This document shows, piece by piece, positions 14,035 through 28,529 of a stretch of 64,000 bases of DNA. This DNA is from Octopus vulgaris. Taxonomy: Eukaryota. Location of the stretch: positions 69,688,001-69,752,000 of the forward strand of contig OX597815.1 of assembly GCA_951406725.2 (NCBI GenBank), given 5' to 3'. How positions within the stretch are numbered: the stretch's first letter is position 1; each line of letters begins with the position of its first letter. The notes under the pieces are model-generated. The model was given only the letters and a program-made list of their open reading frames with translations, searched no databases and had not been told where the DNA came from. Position numbers and translations under genes: made by a program.

Positions 14035-14093
14035 AATAAAACTCCGAGTTTCGGATGCCGAGGTGGAAATCCACGCCATCTCTTCAGTTATCC
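14035..14093 (-). ncRNA. Minimal type I hammerhead ribozyme with intact catalytic core, inside a ~180-bp unit (13998-14176) flanked by (TA)n
   Basis: Minus strand: ggataa-CTGAAGA-gatg..gtgg-attt-ccac..catcc-GAAA-ctcggag-TT-ttatt; stem I 5 bp, extended stem II, near-palindromic stem III, GUU triplet, predicted cleavage between 14040 and 14039. Confidence 0.7.
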
Positions 14094-14174
14094 AGCTAGA
14101 AAAAAGAACTCAAATAAATTCCTCTATTTACATAATATCGAGGTCCCGTTCTTTTGTTATCTTACCGTTTTTAT

Positions 14175-14258
<84 letters not shown>

Positions 14259-14674
14259 CACCTAAATGTGGCGGTCCCATAGGGGACATTGTTTATAGCT
14301 ACTGTTGTTTTTAGCCCCATGTATCATACATATGTTTATATGAGTGTGTATCTGTGTGTCTGTGTTTGTGTATGAGTGCCTGAGCATGTGTGTGCTTATT
14401 TATATTGATCGATGAACTGATAATCCTTATCCCTTTACACAACCCTTAATAAAATTATGGATACTTCTAGATATTATTTCTATATAATATTATTTGTCTA
14501 TAATATACATGTAATAATAGCATAGCTGTATTGGACAATTTGCAAGACGGATCGATATGTACGTGTTTATTATGCATACATACATATGTATATATCTAAT
14601 TATCCATCCACCCATCCATCTATCCAACAATTTATGTATGTATGTACGTATGTATATATGTATGTATCTGTCTG

Positions 14675-14788
<114 letters not shown>

Positions 14789-14884
14789 GACCAATTGATC
14801 GATCTAGCTAGCTATATATGTATGTATTCTCTCTCTTACACACACATAGATGTCCATAATATGTGTGTTTGTGTGTGTGTTTAT

Positions 14885-14916
<32 letters not shown>

Positions 14917-15020
14917 CATATTTATATATGTAAAGGGAGAGAGAAATGCAGAGGTAACACTGGTAAATGAGTAGATAGATATGTAAGTAGGTAGGTATAT
15001 GAATAGCTAGTTAGCTAGCC

Positions 15021-15095
<75 letters not shown>

Positions 15096-15349
15096 GAGAT
15101 AGAGAGAGTGAGTGAGGGAGAGAGAAAAAGTGAGAGAGAGATTCTGGAGTTATCTGTTCAAGTAAAACATGGTTAGGCCTCTTAGAATAAAGGACTCAAA
15201 GTGCTTGGTTTGTGTGTCAAAACATTTTATGAAATACAATGAGTCTGACTATACAAGATTTGTGGGACTTACACTTTCATGATACATACACACAATCTCA
15301 CATACTCATATATGTATGTATGCATATATATATATAAATATACATATAC

Positions 15350-15440
<91 letters not shown>

Positions 15441-16338
15441 GAGAGAGACATATTGGCAAGAAACTCTAGGTCATTGAGTCACTGCTGTAGAAATATCACC
15501 AAATAGAAAGTGCACATATATAGAAAGTAAAACAAGATGTATCATATATGTATGTGTATATCTATATCTATACACATACACGCACACATACACACATATA
15601 CCTGTACACACACACACATATGCATACAAACACATAGACATAGCATATGCATTCATATGTATGTCTTCAATACATAAACTTCATCATATATACATATACA
15701 TACATAGAAATAGGCCTATTCAGACATGCATACATAATCAAACGCACCACCCTTACATTTTTATATCTATACATACACACATATATGCGCTCACATATAC
15801 ACGTACACACACGGATACGCACACATACACAAACAGTTCTGCCCTTCTGTAAATATATACACTGCTATATCTAATTCATATCACATATTCTAACGAGTCC
15901 CATCGTTACATATAGCCATAGATAAAGAAAGAGAAAGAGTGAGAGAAGACAGGAGGGAGAGTGGGGGGGAATAAAGGCGGTGATAGGGTGAGGTAGGAGC
16001 GAGGTATTGAGTGTTATTCATTTTTCTAATGGTGATTATTGATAATCACTGCTATTTTCTGATGAAAGAGCATCCATCTTGCTTCTTAATGGACAGACAC
16101 TCTCATAGAAAATCTAAAGCGATTGCTGAGTGTAGTACAATATATCATCATGCCCTCACCATTTCTTGAACACACATACATATTCATACTTATATATATA
16201 TACACAAACCAGAAACGCTCAAATATATATACGCCATAAAACAAACAAACGCACATTTACCTATTTGATTCTGTGTACTTAGTGTAATACCTTCGTATTC
16301 ACTCGCTCTCATTCTCTATCTATCTATCTATCTATCTA

Positions 16339-16403
<65 letters not shown>

Positions 16404-16479
16404 TTATCTACTTACATCTATAACAGCTCATATGTACATACATAAGCAAGTATACAAGTGAAATGTCGTGTAACGACAC

Positions 16480-16510
<31 letters not shown>

Positions 16511-16539
16511 TGTATGTATGTATGTATGTATGTATGTAT

Positions 16540-16687
16540 ACACATACATACACACACATATACATTACATGCATACAAACCTATATGTAGGTACGCGGTG
16601 TTTCACTTGTATACTTGCATATGTATGTATACATACATATAGATATGTACGTATGTGTGTATATATATATATACATATGTACGTACG

Positions 16688-16733
<46 letters not shown>

Positions 16734-16945
16734 TGTATGTATGTACGTATGCATGCATGTATGTATGTATGTATGTATGTATGTATGTATGTATGTATGT
16801 ATGTATGTATGTATGTGTGTATACACACACATACGCACACATATACATTACATGCATACAAACCTATATGTAGGTACGCGGTGTTTCACTTGTATACTTG
16901 CATATGTATGTATACATACATATAGATATGTACGTATGTGTGTGT
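16540..16945. repeat. Local ~283-bp tandem duplication embedded in (TATG)n
   Basis: tacattacatgcatacaaacctatatgtaggtacgcggtgtttcacttgtatacttgcatatg is identical at about 16561 and 16844. Confidence 0.9.
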
Positions 16946-16972
16946 ATATATATATATACATATGTACGTACG

Positions 16973-17007
<35 letters not shown>

Positions 17008-19284
17008 GTGTATGCATGTATGTATGTATATATGTATGTATGCGTGTGTTTGTGTATGTATGTATGTATGTATGTACGTATATATATGCACATATATATA
17101 CATACACACACATATGTATAATACGCACACACACATACATACATTAGCACAAAATTAGCATACACTCCTTTCTATATTTCTTTTGTGTTCACTCGTGTCT
17201 ATTCAATGACACAAATACACAGACACATACACACGCACATGCATATATATACATGCACACACGCTAATACAAACACTAATTTGAAACCAATGCATACATA
17301 TGTTTGTGTATCCATGTAGTAGGTGGTGGAGGCGAGTGTATAATGAAGTGTCTTTGTAGAGTGGCATAGATCAGAAACAGCTTCCACTCCTACAGGAAAA
17401 TTACTGGCCACTGACAGAACTTAATTTAGAAACTAGTCAAAGCAGAATATAACCTAGAAACCTAACGTTGTTTTTAATGTACCACAGTCGATATTTACAT
17501 GGCCAGAGCCCAATCTTAGCTGCATCTAAATATCGTAGTCTCATGTGAAAAATTTATCAATCAATGAAATCGTATTATTCTTATTGGTAAATTGATAGTC
17601 CTCTATCGAGGGAACTTTCACGCGGCGTCATAACTTGTCAGATAAAGCTTCTGTAGCAGGAACATTGGTAGTCCTAAACACCAACTCACTGCCTAAGAAC
17701 TGAACTGGAATCACAGTTTTAGACGTAAAAACAACGAAACACCAAAACAGAATTTCGTCAGAGATTGACGACCTCAGCAACAGCAAATCATTCAAGTCCT
17801 TGGTAGACACATTAAGAACATGTTTTTATCAGTAGTTAGATTGACCGGCGAAAGCACTATAGAACAAGCAGATGCTTAACTCGTTAGAATCCCGATTGTA
17901 AACTACGTCATGGAATGTCATTAACGATTTTGTCTTTGGCGCACTTTCTTTGACAAACCATGAGGTATATATAGATCATTTACATAGTAACTAACCAGTG
18001 ATCGTAACACAACCAAAACCAATCATTGTAGGAATTTACGTCACTCAACTTCGACCAGGGATTGCAACGACTACTACAGTCCAGTATCATTGCTGACATA
18101 CATATCTTTCACAGACACACACATCTTTAACAGGCATACACATCTTTCACATACAAACACATCTTTTACGGACACACAGGAACCGACTCACTCGGTGTAT
18201 ATAGCTCTTTTCTACCGTTATCGCCTGGACTGCCACCGTTTTGTCCTTACACATTAAAATCTCTCTCAACATACATTGCTGCCTTAACAAAAGAAAGACT
18301 ACGTTGCACAACGTGTTTATAATCATATCAAAAGATGGGAGGGTCTTGGCTCAAACGTCACTGATCGTATGCTCATTCGATCTGAGCAGACCTGGTGTTA
18401 AAGAAGAACAAGAACAGCAACAACAACGAAGACGATGATGACAACAGGAGGATTTGTAGGTAGATTTAAGCACTAATTCACTATTCTGCAGCTGGTGCTA
18501 CACCTAACTACATTCTGCAACACACGACGATTGCTTTCAGCTGAGCTTTTGTACGCGAATCTCAACACCACAGCCAACACAAATACTAAAATGAACAATT
18601 TCGGTTACTAAACCGTAACAGCCAAATCGACAATGTCTGGTGGTGTTTCTGCCATTCTCCTGTAAAATGTGTTTTTGGATCGCTATTTACACTTTCTCTA
18701 AATTCTTCCACTTAATCTGTTGTACCAATTCATGTACAGATATTAAAAACTTAATAGTGATATTTTAAACCTATACAACAGTTGATTGTCATTACATTCA
18801 GTTGCAAAACGAAACCTAAGGAGAGCTATATTCTTGGTTTCATAACGAGTCGGAAACTGATGTGAAATTCCCATGTACATATATATACATGCGTAGATGC
18901 ATACACATGTACATATATAATACATACATACATACATCAAACTATGGATAATTAAATTATAACAGTTATTATAGTTCACTCTGCATTGTTGTGCCATTCA
19001 AGACACGTTATATTTTATATACATACATACATACATACATACATACATACATACATACATACATACATACATACATGCATGCATGCATGCATACATACAT
19101 ACATACATACATACATACATACATACATACATACATACATACATACATGACGGTTATCTACTCTTTATGCAGGGTCTGACCACCTCTTATACCTACACCT
19201 TAGATCCAGCTGCATATCCGATTTGGACCACCAAGAACAGGAGTTAAGTTCTGTTCCCTGTGGATCTTAAAATACATACATACA

Positions 19285-19552
19285 TTCTTTTATTCGTTCA
19301 CGTGTCAGTCATTTGACTGCGGCCATGCTGGAGCACTGCCTTAAAGAATTTTAGTCAAAGGAATCGACCCCAGGATCTATACTTTGTAAGCCTGCTACTA
19401 ATTTTATCTTACTCTTTTGCCAAACTCCTAAATTACGAGGTATAAACATATCAAGTGATGGTGAAGGGCAAACACTGACACAAGGTGCCTGATTGAACCC
19501 GGAACCATATGGTTGGGAAACCAGTTTCTTACTACGCAGCCATGCCTGTGCC
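19285..19552 (-). mobile_element. tRNA-derived SINE family B (CORE-like), internally deleted
   Basis: Minus-strand head ggcacaggcatggctgcgtagtaagaa...ggttccgggttcaatc; 3' part aaggcagtgctccagcatggccgcagtcaaatgactga as in the copy at 62585-62975. Confidence 0.8.
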
Positions 19553-19642
19553 TATACGTACATACATACATACGTATATACGTGCATGCGTACATGCGTA
19601 CATACATTCGTACACACATACGCACAAACGTACATACATACA

Positions 19643-19673
<31 letters not shown>

Positions 19674-20972
19674 GAACACTAAGAGTATTGATGGAATATT
19701 CCTATCAAAATGTTTACCAAGTGCAACTCTTCTACTCTCTTCATAAATTTACATTTATACCAGTAATGTTTCGAGTACTCGGTTATGTTATTGAATGCTT
19801 GAACGAATATCTAAAAAAGAAAAACGGGATTTTTGAGCAAAATAAAGAAGTCAGCTATCATACACTTATAAAAATCAGTAAGTGGGACAGTAAAAGTATG
19901 CAAGGCTTTCCAAAGTTCAATATGCAATAACAAATTTTAGCGATGGAACTTTTGTTTATTATTTAGCAACCAAATCCCTTTCTAAAAATAATTCTAATAA
20001 ATAAATGAATAAAAGATTAAGAAACGTACATACACATATAAACAGGCATATAGACTAACATGCACATTACACATATAATATCTAAGTGGAACAATAAAAA
20101 CTTACTAGACGTTTCACAAGTTCAATATGTGATATTTCGTTATCTAAGTCGCAATGATGGAGCTTTGTATCCTTGATAGAATGCATCTCCTACCTTACAG
20201 AATAACGTCAAATAAAAATAGAAAAGGACAAACATAGAGATAAAGATTGTTGTAAATCAACACGCTGTGACAGAAAATGTCGGCTGTACTATATCAGTGC
20301 AGAAAATAATATCCATGCCATCAGAAACTGTACAAGTATGTCCACATAAACTTGACACTGTCGCCAAAGCTTTTTGCAATGATATCTGCTGGAAGAATTG
20401 TCCTGTTGGCCATGTCCATGGTACACGAGAGCCAGAGTATAAATTCATATTTAAAAATAAATAATACTGGTGGAACGTTCCAATAAAAACATCAACCTGC
20501 AGTAGACACAATTTGCCATATACTGTTCTATCGCGGGCACACAAAGAAAAGAAACATCATGCATTGTTGTAGAGACCAGCTGTCCGACGGACGTAAATGT
20601 CTCGTCCAAAATCGGTAAAAAGGAGAATATCTAAGAAGAATTAATGAGGAGCGTACAAGTCTTGTTACCAGGCTACAGATATTCATTTGTTCCTGTTATC
20701 TACATAACAGTAGATATACATACAAACTTAAAAACGATGAAATTTTTTTTAAAAAAAGAAAGCAGCAAACTGATTGGTGTTCTTCAAACACAACCAATTA
20801 ATGGCAGAGGGAAAATATGCGAATCATTCCAAGGATTCTCCATTTGAGGTTCCTGGTCTAAATGCCTATACACAATCACCTTGTCAAATGAATCATATAC
20901 ATACTTAAACACATAAACACACAACACACACACACATATATATAACTTAAATATACTGCAAAGAAATACATT

Positions 20973-21003
<31 letters not shown>

Positions 21004-22903
21004 GTCTTTCTCTTTCTCTCTCTCCCTCTCTCTCCCTCTCTTTCTCTCTCACTGTTCTCTTGCCGTTTCTCTTCTCTCTTGTTTGATTGATTTCACTCTA
21101 GAAGAAATAGTCTGTGGTGAATTCTGTCGAAGAATGGGCATCGTTTAAAATTTCCAAGACGAGTCATTTCTTACGACGTTGCCTCTACGACCTGTTCAAA
21201 GATTGAGTGCTCAGGCGAAGAAGGAAGGCTATTTGAATGCATATCTGTACAAGTATATGTATGTGTGTACCTTTGCGTGGATGTGTGTATGTATGCCTCT
21301 ATGTATATATATGTGCATGTACGTCAGTACATATGTTGTATATATGTATGTATGCACTATGTATTTATAGACATATATGCTTATGTGTATGTATGCACCA
21401 TTGCATATATATGCATAGTATTGCATTTATAGATGTATATATGTGTGTACATACGAGTGCATATATACACGCGTACATGTAAGTACGTACGTGTGTATGT
21501 ATGTTTGAATGAATTCATGTATGTCTGTACATACGAGCATTTGTACGTATGTATGAAAGTGCGTGCATATATATGCTGGATGTCCGTGCGTAAGTATGTA
21601 TGTATGTATGTATGTATGTATGTATGTATGTATGTATGTGTATGTATGTATGTATATTTTACATATGAGCATAAATGTTTGGATGAAAACATGTACGTTC
21701 GTATTATATGTGCATTTGTACATATGGATGTGCATCATATGTATGGATGAATGTATGAAAATACTTACATATGTATGTATATATGTGTCTCTCTCTGTCT
21801 CTCTGTATCCCTCCCGTTCCCTCTCTCTTCCTCCCTTTACCAATTATTAGACAATATCATGTTTATTAAATTATACGTACGGAATTCATAACGCAACAGA
21901 AGACAAAATAAATAAATAGAGAAATAAAATAAAATGAAATAAACACAGAAAACAACAAAACAACAATAAAAGAAACTAAAAAAGACAAAACTGAAGAAAT
22001 ACGAAGAAACAATAGCTGCTAACATTAAACAAAGCGTCATCGAAAACACTGGGGTTTCAGCGACGCCATCTTAACCAAAATGATCGTTGACTTAAAACTA
22101 CTAGCAATCTTCTCAAATACAATTCATCATCCCTTTATCTCCCTCAGCATTGTCTCTCTCTCCTCTCTATTTTCTTGTAGTTCGTCTCTCTTCCTCTTTC
22201 TTTCCTTCTTTATTTCATTCATTCATTTATTCCTTGTGTTTGTTTGTTTCTTTCTTTCCATCATTCATATTCGTCTCTTTCTTGCTTGCTTTCTTTTTTG
22301 TTCTTTACAATTTTCTCACGTTCTTTCTTCCTCATTTTCTGTCTGCCTTTCCTCCTCTATCTTTCTCCCCCCCTCTCTCTCTCTCTCTCTCTTTCTTTCT
22401 CCAAGAACTACAAGAAACTTCTATACTGCTTTAGAGAAATGTTCTATCGACATATTTCGAAGATGTAATTTGTTTCATTCCATTGCACGTATGGCATTTA
22501 ATTAACAATAATAAACAATATTTAATATTTATCTTGCTTTTTCTTGCTTTTCTCATCTATTCATAGTTCTTTGTCTTCCTACGTGTATATTTGTATAAAC
22601 ACACACACATATATATAGATATGTGTATGTGTACATATATGTATGCGTATATGTTCATGTATGAATGTGTGTGTGTGTGTGTGTGCGTGTGCAGAAATAT
22701 ATTCGCATACCCAAAACTTGTATATACTCAGGTACATATATATGTGTATATACATATAATTAAATATGAAAACCAGTACAATATATTATAAATGATTAAA
22801 GGTCACACTCGTATGTGTGTATATATACATATATGTATATACATACATATATATGCACACACATATATACATGCACATATATACATATACGTATGACATA
22901 TGA

Positions 22904-22942
<39 letters not shown>

Positions 22943-23217
22943 TATATACATATGTATGCATAAAGGTATATCGATACACACAAATATATATAATATATAT
23001 ATATATTTATATATATATATATACAAACTAATAGACATTCATACATTCTTACAGACACACAAACACAGTCATATACATACACACACACATATATATATTA
23101 CGTATGTATTTTTCTATTAGCTATCTCTCTGTCTATCTGTCCACACACACCAACACACACACATACAAATACATATATTATATATTCATGTATGTATAGA
23201 CAGACAGACAGACAGAC

Positions 23218-23361
<144 letters not shown>

Positions 23362-23761
23362 TGATAAATTGATAGACAGATATATTATTTACAAGTGACA
23401 TTAGTAATAAAAACAAAAGGTTACGTATAGTGTCATCTGGGATTGTTCACAATGTTTAGAACGGAAGCCATTTTAATGTTAATCACTAAGAATTAAGAAA
23501 GACTGCTTTGTAAGCGGAAGAAGACACGTTTTTGAAATGGAAATAAAGATCTTGAAATAGGAAGTAGACACATGTAATAGTAGATATTATAACGTTTTAT
23601 GATGAAGTCTGACACTGTTCATGCTGGGTGAATACTAGCTTAAAAGGTGAAGATGATGTTGTAAGATCGACCACCTTAGTTTTTGTACACAATTATATTT
23701 GTAGTCCGTTGTATATATACATACGCACAAACAGGCACACACACATATACACACATACACA

Positions 23762-23800
<39 letters not shown>

Positions 23801-24122
23801 TATGTATGTATGTATGGTATTGTACTTTATTGTATTGTGGTAAATATATATTTTCGGCTAAAACATCGAATTCATGTATATGGTCAACCATAGGTCAAAT
23901 GAATCGTTCAGTTTAAGTCATGTGCTCTCTGTTTCTCTTTCATTCTGTCTCTGTCTCAAGTTAATTATCCATCTCCATCGTCTCTCTTTCTCCCCCTCTC
24001 TTTATTTCTATCTGTCTATCTATCTATCTATTTCTTATCTGTCTATCACTCTTTTTATCTATCTATCATCTTATCTACATTTCCAACAATACTTTCGGTC
24101 TCTCTACCTCTCTATCACACTG

Positions 24123-24193
<71 letters not shown>

Positions 24194-24254
24194 GCCCACC
24201 CACTCACACCTACCTACCTATATACCTACCTACCTACCTACCTACCTACCTACC

Positions 24255-24431
24255 TACCTACCTAATTACCTATATGTTTTGTGAATAGAACCATATAAGT
24301 ATATGTTTGTATTTTAAAAGTTAGTTGTGTTAAGAAACGCAATGTCCATGACTTTTGCATGGACACTGTCATATTTTGTATGGACATCAGTCATATTGTA
24401 TCCAGGCTGGATACAATATGACTGATGTCCA
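24255..24431 (+). repeat. Unclassified repeat, paralogous to 27305-27440; this copy contains a perfect 25-bp-arm palindrome
   Basis: ctatatgttttgtgaatagaa.catata.gtatatgtttgta...gaaac.caat.tccatgact.ttgca...tggatacaatatg.ctgatgt is present at both loci. Confidence 0.8.
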
Positions 24432-25189
24432 GTTTACGCATTTAAAGGTTATTGTCTGCGTAGAAAGAAGATGGCGATAAGAGATCTGAGATCTGGTGCG
24501 GAAGCTTGTAACAGGGGGAACTCTGCTGAAAAAAAAACTGCCAAGTTCTAGGTGGGTGAAGTCGAGTCGTGTGTTAGATTTACTACCTAAATGTTAAGTC
24601 TGAGCTCGACTTAAAAATGGAAGGATGTTTTATATAAATAAACTGAAGAAGACGGGTCAGTCAGTGGATATTTGGATATTGAAAGGTCTATAAAAGGATG
24701 TAAACAGCTTGATTGATAAATTAGACGTAAGTTTTGGTTGACAAGTTTTATAAACGGAGATAAACAACTTTATAAAGGAGATTGGTTTGATAAATTGGCC
24801 TCCGTTAGATAATTGGGCTTCTGTTGAATTAGTGGAGATTTACGTTGAAGTAGACAGACATTGACTGGTATTATGAGTGTTATTCCTATTAGAAGACAAC
24901 AGCTAAGAACTACAGGACTTTGAGAGAAATGGTTTCTGGATAAAAACGTAAAATTAAATGAAATTTATAGGTTCTTTGTCGGTGTTGACCATGAATCTGC
25001 ACACATATGTGAAGGAATGGGTAAGTCTGTTTTTTTTTTCCTTTAGAAAGATTGAAAGTTACCGATTCATGCAAGTTTTCCCTCCCGACACCATTGATGT
25101 TTACCCAAAGAAAAGATATTCGACCTGGGTTGTCATAGATCGGTACCATTGCCATTACAGGCATTGCTGTCAGAACACAAAAATTCGGA

Positions 25190-25390
25190 AGAGACATCGC
25201 AAGACATCTTATCGGACCTTCCAACAGTTCTGCCAATCTACCGTGCTGGATTGGTACTTTTTTTTATTGACACTTGAAAGGAAGAAAGCCAAAGATGACT
25301 TCAACAGGATTTGAACTCAGAGCGTAGTGATCCGAATCAAATGCTACGATGCATTCTATCTATCGCTCAAACAACTGAGTCAATTCGTTA
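25190..25390 (-). mobile_element. tRNA-derived SINE family A, diverged; similar minus-strand remnants at 26130-26260, 45505-45690 and 54350-54550
   Basis: ggatttgaactcagagcgta (reverse complement of B box) and gaaagg..gaaag.caaag.tgac match the young copies. Confidence 0.7.
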
Positions 25391-26594
25391 TCTTTAAGTT
25401 TAAATTAAATTAAATTAAACATTTTATAAACACGAATCTAAATGTACTCAAACTCTACTTTTTTTCTATTTTGCATTCGTGTGTGTAAGATTTGAATTTC
25501 GAGCGTAAAGAGCAAAGATGAATGCTCCATAGCTACCTATAAAATTTAATTTAGTTTAAATTTTAGAATGAAACATCTTAATTTTTCCATATATATATTT
25601 TAGGATAGTTTTCCCACAATTGTACAGAACAGCGTTTTCAAATTCCAATATTTTCAAATATATCGTTCACCAGTCTATTTATCCCATTTCTTAACAGTCG
25701 TAGAAACGCTTAAGAAAAATTATCGTAGAATTACCATTTGTTCCTTAATATCGATATTTTATTTAGCTTGTTTCAAGGACTTAGCGATGAAAAATTATAA
25801 TTTGCTCCTTTTTCACCTCGTTACTAGAAAGCATCTCTCTTCAGAATACAGTGAATTTTCTTTGGGTATTTCAGCGGAGATAACTGTCTGTTGAATAAAT
25901 TGGCTCGGGTCCTGAGAAATGGATTTTCCTTTCGAGAAATGGATTTTCCTTTCAAAATATACAAAAGATTCTCAAAAGGAATCTTCACGAATAAAGTCGT
26001 TCAAAAAGAACTTTCAGGCAGATTGCAGCCACTTCATTGTGATCCGTTATTTGTAAAGTAAATCTCGCATTAAATCGGATTATCTGCTATTATATCAAAC
26101 CCAATTCTTGACTGATACCTTATTTGCAGACAAAGTGCGATTATATTGAACCTATTACTCGAGTAGTACTTTATTTTATCGATCCCGAAAAGATGGAAAA
26201 CAAAGTTGACTTTGACAGGATTTGAACTCAGAACGTAAAGAGCCGGAACGAATATTACGTGGCTACCAATAAAATATCCTTCAGCTTCTCATCTTCATAC
26301 ATGGCGGTAAATGACTGCATACATATATTTTAAGTAAATGTTTTCGGCTAACTCTCGCAATAAATTTCATCTCCTCCTCTTCTTCCTCCTCCTTCTATTC
26401 TTTCTCCTCCTTCTCTTATTCCTTCTTCTTCTTCTTCTTCTTCTTCTTCTTCTTCTTCTTCTTCTTCTTCTTCTTCTTCTTCTTCTTCTTCTTCTTCTTC
26501 TTCTTCTTCCTCCTCCTCCTCCTCCTCCTCATCATCATCATCATCATCACCACCATCATCATCACCATTATCATTATTCTTGCTGCTGCTACTG

Positions 26595-26625
<31 letters not shown>

Positions 26626-26849
26626 AACTACTACTACTAGTCTGTCTGTCTGCCTGTGTCTACCTGTTTGTGTTTGTCTCTGTCTGTTTGTCACTCTGTC
26701 TCTGTCTCTTCCCTCTCTCTCTCTTTCATATTTTGCTTTTACTTGCTCTTCTTCCAGCTTCTTAGAACATAAGGCATTGAATGACGTCTCCAAGGACTCA
26801 GTACCACATCTTTTTTATTTACCTTCTCTGACCATTAGTTAGTTTCGTG

Positions 26850-27060
26850 GGGCGGTGAGCTGGCAGAATCATTAGAGCGTCGGACAAAATGCCTTTCAGT
26901 ATTTCTTCCTGCTCTTTATGTTCTGCGCTCAAATGCCGCCGCGGGGTCAACTTTGCCCTTTATCCTTTCAGGGTCGATAAAATTAAGTATAAGCCAAGTA
27001 CCAGAGTCGATGTAATCTTACCCCAACTACTTTAAAAATTGTTTGTCTCGAGTCTAAATG
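26850..27060 (+). mobile_element. tRNA-derived SINE family A; similar plus-strand copies at 31233-31400, 39495-39740, 39748-39950 and 48650-48790
   Basis: ggcggtgagctggcagaatcattagagcg head; central gtcaactttgccctttatcctttcagggtcgataaaattaagta (resembles the Meta/MESC-type conserved SINE domain; assignment from memory). Confidence 0.8.
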
Positions 27061-28329
27061 AAAAAAGCCATTGCTTTGTTCAAGGAATAGAAGCAATGAT
27101 TTCAAACTCTGTGACCTTTCCAATCTGGTTAAATTTTGTGATTAACATTCTGTCTGCATAAATTGGTGGATGCTTCAGAGCTTCCAGTTTGTCGGGGTGA
27201 GTAAAGTATTTAGGGTGGTAGTTAAGATGATTCACTGCAATTAAAACTAGTTGTAAGCGATCTATCAATCCACCCACCCGCATGCCTACCTACAGTCCTA
27301 CCGACCTACCTACATATCTATATGTTTTGTGAATAGAAGCATATAGTATATGTTTGTATATTATAAGTTAGTTATGGTAGGAAACACAATATCCATGACT
27401 CTTGCAGTTCTTCACAGGTTGGATACAATATGGCTGATGTATTTAGGGTGGAACAATTAAGATGATACATCGCAAATATGCAGTTGTGGAAAGGACTCAA
27501 GGAATGTGTTCAGAAGGAGTAATCTACAGTCCGTTAGTGTAAAAGAGCAGAGATCATTGTAGAATTTGTAGAAGAAACAGGAGGACGTGATGATATGTCG
27601 ATGGGTCCATGGTTGTAATAATATTTGTGTAAGTGAAAACTTACCTCTTTGATATCCATTGTTTGGATATCGTCCAGAATCAGTGCTGTTTCATGGTATG
27701 GGTACACTGATCTGGCCTGACTGATCTAGCGGGGGTGCTAACGTTAATTTAAGTACACTTAGGTTGTGTAAGCAAGGGCTCCAGCGAATTGTTTTCCTGT
27801 AAGCCTGTAATGCTGTTACAATGACCCTTGCCAAAATGTATGACGGTTGCCAAAATGTATGGGGTGGGGTGGGGTTTGGGTCTATAGAGCTACAGATGCA
27901 TTGAACAAAGGACAGGAGTGTATAATGTCTTGCTCAAATATCCTATGTCCCTTCTGTAATTCCACTATCTGCCATCATCTATCTACTCCATAGCCAAGTA
28001 ACTAAGGCAACACCAGTGGTAAAATCTTAAATTAGGGTTATTCTGTTGAGAGGTGAACGTTATGACCAATCGTCTATTCCATCTCCGCAGAATAATATAA
28101 CCTCACAACATTTCAATCAAAACAGCAACATCTACCCTCCCACCTCCCCTTCTCTCTCTCCTCCTCCTCTCTCTCTTCCTCTCTCTCTCTCTTTATCTAT
28201 TCCGTTCGATTCTACTTCCCAGTGTCAGTTGAAGTGGACAATTACACAATGTAAATTTAAGTGACTACTTAAGTATGGATATAAAGTAAATGTTTATATC
28301 TATCAGTCTGTCTCTCTCAATGCACATAA

Positions 28330-28360
<31 letters not shown>

Positions 28361-28497
28361 CATACATACATACATACATACATACATACAAATATACATA
28401 CGTACATATATACGTATGTATCATACACATATATGTGTGTGTGTGTGTGTGTGTACACATACATGTATGCGTGTGTGTAAATATATGAATACATACA

Positions 28498-28529
<32 letters not shown>

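Noticed and set aside
17400-18440. Non-repetitive stretch as a possible host exon or old LINE (also 20000-20850 and 25680-26060)
   Set aside because: No sustained ORF or recognisable motif; cannot be classified without a database search
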